From an uncultured candidate division Zixibacteria bacterium (GTDB taxonomy: Bacteria; Zixibacteria; MSB-5A5; UBA10806): a stretch of 64,000 bases of DNA. The stretch is taken from positions 32,001 to 96,000 of the forward strand of contig CAWFQL010000012.1 in NCBI GenBank assembly GCA_963817915.1, given 5' to 3'. The translations under genes and the position numbers were made by a program. The notes beneath the pieces were generated by a model. The model saw only the letters and a list, made by a program, of their open reading frames with translations, had not been told where the DNA came from and searched no databases. Position 1 is the stretch's first letter. Each line of letters starts with the position of its first letter. Below are positions 51,908-60,407 of this stretch, piece after piece.

Positions 51908-52825
51908 TCATGGTCCGGTTTTGGGCTTAGCCTTGGATGTGTCTATCGTCCCCATTGTACCCTTTTGGGGTATATTCTTCGCAGCTGAGGTATCTGCCGG
52001 AAATGCCTGAATCTTGAATGCGGAACTGGAGTCCGGTTTTGTCTGGAATCCTTTTTGTCCCGGAGTAGGAGGCGAGAATGTTTTCTGGGCTGGAGTCGTT
52101 GGCGCCGGTTTTGGCAGCTGTACCGGCGGCGGTTTTAGGCCCTTCATAACAACCGGAATCGTAAATTTTTGCTGGCCATTTCCGGTCAAAGCGAAGGTGA
52201 GTGCCTGTGTACTGTCCAGATCGAAAAACTCGCCTTTCCATTGAAACTCGATTGTACCCTTATCATGCGGTTTTATTTTCTCATCCTTGATTTTCATTTT
52301 CAGATCGCCCTCAGGGCCGAAAAGCGAGGCTAATTGCAAGGTTGAATCGCTTTTATTCTCTAAAACCAATTTGACCTTTTTATTGGCGTCTTTGGTAAAA
52401 TTGACAATGCTCGGCGTATACTTGAATGGCAGCAATGAATCATTTTCCGCGAAAACCTTAGCTGAGAATCCGATTTTCACACTGAGGCTTGTGGAATCAT
52501 TGCAAGATATCGTCGCGTTTTTAACGACTGCCGACTTGGTGTTTCTTGTATTGAAAATTAATTCCACGACCGTGGAATCACCCGGCGCCAATTTGTTTTT
52601 ATGCAATGGCGCGCTTGTGCATCCTCACCCAGGCTTGACGCTGAGTATCCTCAACGTGTCATCGCCGATGTTTAAAATCCAATACGCGTGACGCGCAATC
52701 GAATTCTGAGGAATATTGCCGAAATCCCAATCCTTCTCGGGAACCGAAATCTTCGGGCCGGCGAATACAATCGATGACAGAATCAGTAAGAATATCAACG
52801 CCAAAATTGTCATTTTTTTCATCAA
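51908..52825 (-). CDS. Exported DUF1573 (Ig-like) protein with an in-frame TGA at the CGC motif; predicted selenoprotein, 305 aa on readthrough
   Basis: ORFs 52625-52825 and 51908-52606 are in the same frame: WDFG...NIGDDTLRILSVKPG(TGA)GCTSAPLHKNKLAPGDS; Pro-rich tail. Confidence 0.78.
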
Positions 52826-52896
52826 GAATCCTCCGAGTTGCTCAAATAGAACTCAATTACTCATTCGCCGTTAATATCGGCATTTTATTTTAGCAG

Positions 52897-53811
52897 TCAA
52901 CCTAATTTTGATCTCTTTGCCAGGTATCCGAAAAGCGCCTTGTCAAATGGGACTGATGTATCCAGTAAGTGATAGTCAATCTGGGATTCCCGGCATGCCC
53001 TGGAAATTTTCTCGATATATATATCGAGTCGTTTGATGTATTCGCCGCGTATCTGCCAGGGGTCGGTCAGGAGCTCGGCGCCGGTCTCCATGTCCCTAAA
53101 ACGGGCTTCTGTGCCGTAGTTAAAATTTCTTTCAAATGGGTCGAGCACCTGAAATACTATTACCTCATGCTGGCGATGACGGAAATGCTTAAGTCCCAAA
53201 ATCATCTTGTCAGGATCATCAAGCAAATCTGAGATAACGATAATCAAGCCCCGCCTCTTAATGCGATCAGCCAATTCATGAAACGCGATCGAGGATTCTG
53301 TCCGGCTTGAAGGCAGAGTACTTCCGAGCTGCTGTAGAATTGGAGTTATATGAGATCGAGCCCCCTTGGGAGGGATATAATTGCGCACCTTTTCATCGTA
53401 AACGAGAAGCCCTGGCGCATCCTGTTGGCGGAGCATAAGATAGGACAATGCCGCCGCCAGATAAGATCCATATTCGAGCTTGGTGATTCCGTTGGATTTG
53501 TATCCCATCGAATTGGAAGCATCAAGCAGGATGTAGGCTTTTAAGTTGGTTTCTTCCTCGAACTGCTTGATATAAAAACGATCGGATTTTCCGTAGATTT
53601 TCCAATCGATATGCCTGAAATCATCACCCGGCATGTACTGCCGATGCTCCGCGAATTCGACCGAAAATCCATGATATGGGGATCGATGCAACCCGACTAT
53701 AAAACCCTCGACCACAAGACGGGCTTTAAGTTCAATTGAAGCCAATTTGCTGACAGTCGCAGGGTCAAGGAATTTGCGATAATCGCTTTGTTTTACCCGT
53801 TCTTCAGACAT
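52897..53811 (-). CDS. DUF58 domain (vWA-like) protein
   Basis: GLHRSPYHGFSVEFAEHRQYMPGDD..IDWK, LDASNSM, VISDL. Confidence 0.9.
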   Translation of the reverse strand: MSEERVKQSDYRKFLDPATVSKLASIELKARLVVEGFIVGLHRSPYHGFSVEFAEHRQYMPGDDFRHIDWKIYGKSDRFYIKQFEEETNLKAYILLDASNSMGYKSNGITKLEYGSYLAAALSYLMLRQQDAPGLLVYDEKVRNYIPPKGARSHITPILQQLGSTLPSSRTESSIAFHELADRIKRRGLIIVISDLLDDPDKMILGLKHFRHRQHEVIVFQVLDPFERNFNYGTEARFRDMETGAELLTDPWQIRGEYIKRLDIYIEKISRACRESQIDYHLLDTSVPFDKALFGYLAKRSKLG

Positions 53812-53908
53812 TAAAACATTATACGCATTTATAAGTAATATTGGCAGATTTTTTTGTCATTTGGGGATTGATAGATATAATTTATGGAGTGTAAGCATCA
53901 CTTTAGGC

Positions 53909-55102
53909 TTACTTGAGCAAAACCAGCCTTGTTATTTCTTTCTTTTCACCCGTGGCCAATAAGGCAAAATATACTCCAGATGAAAAATTGCCGGCATTCC
54001 AGATAACCTCATGCGATCCGGACGACATCTTCCTATCGAGAAGCGTTACCATTTTCCGTCCAAGAATATCGTATATATCGAGTTTTATATTTTCCTCACG
54101 GGCCAGGCTAAATTTAATGATTGTCTGAGAATTAAAAGGATTTGGATATGATTCTATCGAAGACAGAGTCCGAGGCAGTTTTATTTCGTCCGTCGAAGTT
54201 GCGGTTTTTTCGGATAAGAAAAGCTGCGAAAAATAATCTGTCCCGCCGAAAATATATTTATCGAAGAAAAGTAGATTGCCGCTCTCGGTTATAAATGAAT
54301 TTTCATTGATGCAGGCTGACATTGTGTCGGGCCATTCGAACCTGTTGATATTGTTGGGGAGGGCTACGGCTCGCTGCCAGGCTCCATTTTCATAACGGGA
54401 TTTCATCAAAAGATTGATTCTTCGGGAATATATATAATCTGTAAAATAGAGGCTCAATTCGCTCGGATCATAAAAAGCGCTGTAATCGTAGTGACCCTGT
54501 ATATTGATAACATCAGGCATCCGCACCGCTGCTTGCCAGACGCCGTTAACAAATTCGCTTTTGTAAATAGCTCTATTATCGCCGGAGCCGACCCGATCGA
54601 AAAATAGACTGTTCGATCCGGCCGCCAGGCTGGGTTTGAATTCCTCGCTGGATGTGTTAATCGAATCACCCAAATTGGTCGGTGTTTGCCAGACGCCATT
54701 CGATTTGATTGACATCCAGATATCGGAATTTCCCCTGGTTCCGGGCCTGTCTGAACAAAACAGCAGCGTGTCGCCGCCGCCATTAATAAAGGGCATAGTG
54801 CTGCCATAACCTTCGATATTGATTGGCGCGGCCATAAGTGTGGGCGTAGTCCAATACCGCTGGCCGTTATTGCTGAAAGTCATGCGCGATGTATATATCC
54901 TGGCATCTCTGAAATGCCAGAAATAGACGTGGCGGCAATATGTATCGAAATATAATGTCGAATCTTGTTCGCAATATGACGGATTGAAATTTCCGGGATA
55001 TATCGGTTGGCCTATTTCTATGGGTTGATAAGGTCCCCAATCCTGGGCGTACGATAAGGAGCATGCTCCGATGATTGTCAATGATACTACAAATTTAAGC
55101 AT
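53909..55102 (-). CDS. Secreted PD40/WD40-like propeller protein with a T9SS-type C-terminal domain (tandem paralog A)
   Basis: SYAQDWGP; DTLLFCSDRPG...DIW...W..P.NLG..IN; YPNPFN...SGVYF. Confidence 0.8.
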   Translation of the reverse strand: MLKFVVSLTIIGACSLSYAQDWGPYQPIEIGQPIYPGNFNPSYCEQDSTLYFDTYCRHVYFWHFRDARIYTSRMTFSNNGQRYWTTPTLMAAPINIEGYGSTMPFINGGGDTLLFCSDRPGTRGNSDIWMSIKSNGVWQTPTNLGDSINTSSEEFKPSLAAGSNSLFFDRVGSGDNRAIYKSEFVNGVWQAAVRMPDVINIQGHYDYSAFYDPSELSLYFTDYIYSRRINLLMKSRYENGAWQRAVALPNNINRFEWPDTMSACINENSFITESGNLLFFDKYIFGGTDYFSQLFLSEKTATSTDEIKLPRTLSSIESYPNPFNSQTIIKFSLAREENIKLDIYDILGRKMVTLLDRKMSSGSHEVIWNAGNFSSGVYFALLATGEKKEITRLVLLK

Positions 55103-55127
55103 GGCAACTCCTTGGAAGACTAATTAC

Positions 55128-56330
55128 TTATTTAAGCAGAGTAAGCTTGATACTTTCGAATTTATTCGTTGTCTGCAATCGAGCGAAATAAATCCCGGTG
55201 GCAACATTACCTGCATCCCAAGTTATACTATGATTACCTGCCGATAGGTTCCGGTCGACCAACGTCTCGACCTTCCGGCCCAACAAATCATAAATATCAA
55301 TTTTCACTGCGTCACTGGCCGAGAGATTGAATTTAATCGTCGCCTGCGAATTGAAGGGATTAGGATACGATTCAATGGCCGAAAAGTTCTTGGGCTGATC
55401 CAAATCGCCTTCGATTCCAACTGCCCTTTCGGAAAAATACATAAACGAATAATGGTCCGGATATTCACACAGTATAAATTTATTGAAGAAAAATTTCGTT
55501 CTGTCATAGCTCATAAAAGCATTTTCATTGGTGCAGTACGATAGAGAATCGGGATCGATGCAGGAAAAACCGTTGATATTCTCATCGAGCGGCTCCGGTT
55601 CCTGCCACGAGCCGTTAACATTAGCTGATTTCATCATTAGTTGAATTCTTCCATATGGATCACTATCGGTATAATATAAGACATTTTCTAAGGGGTCGAA
55701 AAACGGCGCATATGTATAGTACCCGGGTGTATTAATAATATCGGGCAGACGCTGAGCCGATTGCCAGACACCATCGATAAGCTCGCTTTTATAAATACCT
55801 TCATAATTAGCTATGCCAAATCGCGAGAAATACAAAGCATTTGCCCCCGACACGAAACATGGTTTTAAATCAGATAAATATCTGGAATTAATGGAATCGC
55901 CGAGATTAGCGGGTTCGGTCCAATTTCCATCTATTTGTATGGTGAGCCAGATATCCGCAAAACCTTCTGTTCCCGGTCTTATGGCACTGAAAAAAAGTGA
56001 ATCACCCCCGGCAGTGATAAATGGCATTGCGCTTCCATATTCGTCAATATTAATCGGCGCCGGCATCGCGACGGGATCTGACCAAAATACCTGACCATTT
56101 TGATCTCTTGATAAATGAGACGTATATATCTTGGCATCACTGTGAAAAATACCGGGAAAGGAATTAGTACTGAAATATAGAGTAGAATCACGATCACAGT
56201 ATGATGGGCTAAAATTACCAAATGGGCTATCAGGCGCATTAATATTAATGGCCTGCGCCGGGCCCCAATCCTGCGCGTAGGAAATCGAAACAATTCCCAA
56301 AGTTGCGAAAATCAAAAACAATCTATTCAT
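55128..56330 (-). CDS. Secreted PD40/WD40-like propeller protein with a T9SS-type C-terminal domain (tandem paralog B)
   Basis: SYAQDWGP; same repeat architecture as 53909-55102; YPNPFN...TGIYF. Confidence 0.8.
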   Translation of the reverse strand: MNRLFLIFATLGIVSISYAQDWGPAQAININAPDSPFGNFSPSYCDRDSTLYFSTNSFPGIFHSDAKIYTSHLSRDQNGQVFWSDPVAMPAPINIDEYGSAMPFITAGGDSLFFSAIRPGTEGFADIWLTIQIDGNWTEPANLGDSINSRYLSDLKPCFVSGANALYFSRFGIANYEGIYKSELIDGVWQSAQRLPDIINTPGYYTYAPFFDPLENVLYYTDSDPYGRIQLMMKSANVNGSWQEPEPLDENINGFSCIDPDSLSYCTNENAFMSYDRTKFFFNKFILCEYPDHYSFMYFSERAVGIEGDLDQPKNFSAIESYPNPFNSQATIKFNLSASDAVKIDIYDLLGRKVETLVDRNLSAGNHSITWDAGNVATGIYFARLQTTNKFESIKLTLLK

Positions 56331-56523
56331 AATCCCCTCCGATTATTATCAAATTGTCTTAACACCTTAATCAAATGCCTTTTAAAAATAAAAATCACTA
56401 TGATTCATGCCGCCTTTCGCGCGTCAATTTTCTATTAAATCCCTCTCGAACAAATATGTAACGACAATCCATCATTGTCAAGTGAAATCAACAATATGGA
56501 TGGGGTTTGCTATATGAATTTGA

Positions 56524-57653
56524 TTAATTAAAAAAATGGCTCAATTCGAATAGCGGCGCAGTTAATGCGTAATACTTTTTTATGCTTGATACGAATTTAT
56601 CGACATCATCCAAAGTATGTGTAGCCATAGGGACAATTCGCAGGCAGCTTTTAGTCGCGCCGGCAATTTGAGAATGGACATCGATTGTCAAAAAGCCATC
56701 GTCGAAAAGCGACTGCTGAAGTTTTTCAATATTCTCCGCCGGCAGAAGCAATATCATGCTTTCGCTTACAACCAAGAGGGAGATTATGCTCTTTGCATTT
56801 AAGGATTATCTGCTTTTTTACTATTTCTAAGCGATTCCAAAATCGATCTGTCGTTTTGAATAAGCTCCAGCGCCTTCAATGCCGCCGCCGCCGATACCGT
56901 AGATAATGATGTCGAATAGTCGAATGTCCTGAAAATTGATTGCAGCGATTCGCGGGCCTTATCATCGAATGCCAGGAAGCCACCTTGCGAGCCCAGGGCC
57001 TTGGAGAATGTCCCCATGATGAAATCGGCCGTTCCCTTTAGATTGAAGTGCTCTTCCAGGCCGCGGCCGGTCGCTCCGACAACTCCGGTTGCATGGGCTT
57101 CATCGAGTATCAAAATGAAATGATATTTCCGTTTCAATTCCGCGAGTTTATCCAATGGCGCTATATCGCCATCAACAGTAAATACCGACGGCAGACTGAC
57201 AATATTTATCATTCCCTTGTTAGCCTTAAGAGCGGTCTGCAAGGTATCGAGATTTGAATGTTCGAATTTGATTGTTTTCGATGCTCTGGCCAGCCGAGTA
57301 CCGTCTATTGCCGACGGATGATGTCGTTTGTCTATGTAAAATACCGCCCTTTCGCTATCCAATGAATGATGAATAGCCTGGTTGGCCTGATACCCCGATG
57401 CAAATAGGACGCAATTTTGGCGCGATTTAAATTGCGCTATCGCGGAAGCCAGCTGGCGGTGAATGATAGTAGTCCCGGTCGTGCCCGGAGCCCCGCCTGT
57501 GCCGATACCGAATTGATGGGCTGCCTCAGCAGCTGCCTTCAGGACCTCTGGATGGGCAGACATACCCAGATAATCATTGGAGCTGAATATCGTGACCTCG
57601 CGACCATTAACTGTTGCCTTGCATCCCTGTCTTTTCTCAATCAGATATTCCAT
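56524..57653 (-). CDS. PLP-dependent alpha-oxoamine synthase (BioF/Kbl/SPT family); two +1 frameshifts near 56815 and 56775
   Basis: FSSNDYLG, SGYQAN, DEAH..G, GTFSKALG; C-terminal LRIV.MATH in the downstream frame. Confidence 0.8.
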
Positions 57654-57810
57654 ATATATTCAATTTCATTCAAAATTATCGGCAAATCCTCGATATTAAT
57701 ATGCCTCCAAATGCAATGCTAGACAACATAAAACTGTTGCGCATAGCGCGGCGAATTCATATTATTTCTGCCCTTTAGGCGACAGCAGTAATCTTTCAGG
57801 AGAAGCAACA

Positions 57811-58188
57811 ATGGCAGTACATGACAACCCCGAAATCTGCACCAAATGCGACGCTAAATGCTGCAGATACTTTATGCTCGAAATAGATCGTCCCACGAAC
57901 AAAACGGATAACGAGAATATACGCTGGTATCTTTCACATAAAGACACGACTATTTATGTCATTAGGAAAAAATGGTATTTGCATGTTGACAGCTCCTGCC
58001 GTTTCCTCGACGGTAAAGGGCGATGTACCAATTACGAAAATCGTCCCAAGATCTGCCGTGAGCACGACCCCGGCCAATGCGAATTTCATACTGATTTCGA
58101 TTCCGATCTATCATTCACCGATTTAAAGCAATTCGATGATTATCTTAAGGCGAAACTGGCGCATAAAAAAGCAAGAAGGCCAAAATAA
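57811..58188 (+). CDS. YkgJ family cysteine-cluster (CxxCxxxCC) protein
   Basis: CTKCDAKCC...CRFL....CTNYENRPKICR. Confidence 0.88.
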   Translation: MAVHDNPEICTKCDAKCCRYFMLEIDRPTNKTDNENIRWYLSHKDTTIYVIRKKWYLHVDSSCRFLDGKGRCTNYENRPKICREHDPGQCEFHTDFDSDLSFTDLKQFDDYLKAKLAHKKARRPK

Positions 58189-58247
58189 TAATAAGAAAAT
58201 CCCAATCGATGACGAATCCAAGAAACTGAATATTACGACCCAAATTT

Positions 58248-58280
58248 AAACGCGGCCCTAAACTAATAAGGCCGCGTTTT
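58248..58280. terminator. Bidirectional terminator
   Basis: AAACGCGGCC...GGCCGCGTTT between convergent genes. Confidence 0.75.
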
Positions 58281-58303
58281 ACCATAAAAGATTCCAGGAA
58301 GAG

Positions 58304-59114
58304 TTAAGAGCTATGATAATAATGATCCCATTCCCAGAAATTGCCATTTTTAACGAACTCGGCGTGGTAATGATCCGGGAAGAAGGTTATGGTCAGTGTC
58401 GCGTCAATATGGACTGGATGATTGGCACTCTCAACATCCAAAACCAATGAGGCGGTAAGAGTTCCGGCGAATGGATGCCGATCATCGTCACTGCCGAATC
58501 TTGAAGTATAAAATTTCAGATCAGTCAAAGTGCCGTTGACTAACCCGATTGAATAATCTGTGATCATTGTCTCCATACCAGCGGCGATAGAAATCGCCAT
58601 TAAGAGTCGCAACCGTATCAACCAACCCGCTCCAACGAATATTACGATCGCGGACCTTGATCCAGTTTGTATCGGGGCCGCCGTGCCGTTCGAATGTATA
58701 GGTTTTCTTGAATCGTCGTTCGAATATGTTAGTGGTCGAATCTCTGAAGCGAGTATAATGATCATTTGAATCCGTGAAACGGAAACTATCGGCGACCGCG
58801 AATTGCAGCATCGCAGTCGTATCCGCTTTCAGGCGCAGGTGCCATCCGGTTAAGGTGTCATAGCTGACCGTATCCACCACTATTGCGCCATGCTGCCATT
58901 CACCGGATACAATCCAATCGGCATCCTCGACAGCATCGCTATTTAATTCCACTATTGTCGTATCCGCCTCGGGCTTTGCTACGACAAAGCTTTGATCCTG
59001 AGGATCACCGGGGGTTAAATTGCTGCTGGTGCTCTTGCTGCTCTTACTACATCCCGAAATGCCAACCAAAATTGCTACGATAATAAATCCGGCTAAATAC
59101 AGGTGTTTCTTCAT
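58304..59114 (-). CDS. Hypothetical lipoprotein (tandem paralog A); +1 frameshift near 58543
   Basis: Lipobox ISGC; the joined product is collinear with 59332-60129. Confidence 0.75.
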
Positions 59115-59270
59115 CACTGCCTCCTAACTTGCATAAAATACTCGCCATCTGCCTGTCTGGTTCCACGACAATGGGCGAATTTTTAATCATCGATATATTG
59201 TGTATCTATATTCAATAGACATCAAATTTATCCGTCGAAGCTTTCGTAGCAAACAATCTACGGAGTTCAT

Positions 59271-59307
59271 AATAAAAATGGCCACGATCCGTTGATGGAT
59301 TATGGCC
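59271..59307 (-). terminator. Probable terminator between the paralogous lipoprotein genes
   Basis: GGCCA...TGGCC imperfect hairpin followed by a T-rich tract on the minus strand. Confidence 0.5.
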
Positions 59308-59331
59308 AATTCTGAAATAGTTTTGCGATGT

Positions 59332-60129
59332 TTATGGCAGGTAATAATGATCCCATTCCCACCAATTATCTCCTCGCACCAGTCGCGCGTGATAGTGGTC
59401 AGAATAGAATGTTATTGTCAAGGTACCTTCCAGGTGTACCGTACGGTTCGGCGTCTGTACATCCATTACCATATTGGAAATCAATGTGCCCGAGAATGGA
59501 TGAGGATAAACATGGTTGAATAAATCTGCCGAATGGAATTTCAGGCTATCCAATGTTCCCTGAACTGTTCTATCAAACAATCTCCGTTCGTTGTCGCCGG
59601 TCCAATGACGATAGAAATCGCCATTAAGCACAGTCACGGAATCGGCCAGACCTTCCCAGCGGACATTACGGCGACGTTCCTTCGTCCATGCTGTGTCTGC
59701 TCCGCTGTGACGTTCAAATGTGAATGTCTTCTTGAAATGACGCTGGAAAATATCAGTAAGAGAATCAGGGAGTCGAGTAAATTGATCATTGCTATCGCTG
59801 AAACGGAAACTATCGGTGAGCGCAAACTGGAACCAGGTCAGGGAATCGGTTCTAGTGCGAATATGCCATCCGGTCAAGGTGTCATAAACGACAGTATCGG
59901 CCAGGATTTTTCCATTTAATACGATTAACGGACTAATTGACGCGCCGTCTTCCACAATATCGGTATAAAGCTCGGCAGCCGTGGAGTCGGCATCGGGCTT
60001 CGCCAATATAAAGCCTTGATCATTGGGATCGCCTTCTGTCGAACCGGTTTTTGTGCTCTTGGAACAGCCTGCTGTCATAATCAGGATCGCCAGCCCCGCG
60101 AATGCGATTAGAAAAAAGAATTTCCTCAT
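59332..60129 (-). CDS. Hypothetical lipoprotein (tandem paralog B)
   Basis: Lipobox TAGC; GGAGG RBS; ends WWEWDHYYLP. Confidence 0.78.
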   Translation of the reverse strand: MRKFFFLIAFAGLAILIMTAGCSKSTKTGSTEGDPNDQGFILAKPDADSTAAELYTDIVEDGASISPLIVLNGKILADTVVYDTLTGWHIRTRTDSLTWFQFALTDSFRFSDSNDQFTRLPDSLTDIFQRHFKKTFTFERHSGADTAWTKERRRNVRWEGLADSVTVLNGDFYRHWTGDNERRLFDRTVQGTLDSLKFHSADLFNHVYPHPFSGTLISNMVMDVQTPNRTVHLEGTLTITFYSDHYHARLVRGDNWWEWDHYYLP

Positions 60130-60407
60130 TTTTGCCTCCGTTTTCATATTGTTCTGCATTATTTGACACCGAATATAATCAGACGTTTAAAATTATTATC
60201 GGCACAATTTTTATGGTTTGTTAAAGTTAACCATATAGAAAGCAAAGGCTTAATCGTCTGCGCCGAAATAGGCGATATGGCTGCGATTTTATAAATGGTA
60301 ACGATTGCCGGTGTCATATTCGGAATGTTGACATAATACTGTATTTTTGACTTGAAAGAGCTCGAAGTCTCATAATATTATACTATAACGTATAAGAAGG
60401 AGGGCTC

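Noticed and set aside
51908..52140. Pro/Thr/Lys-rich repeats as a separate element
   Set aside because: This is the low-complexity C-terminal tail of the DUF1573 protein.
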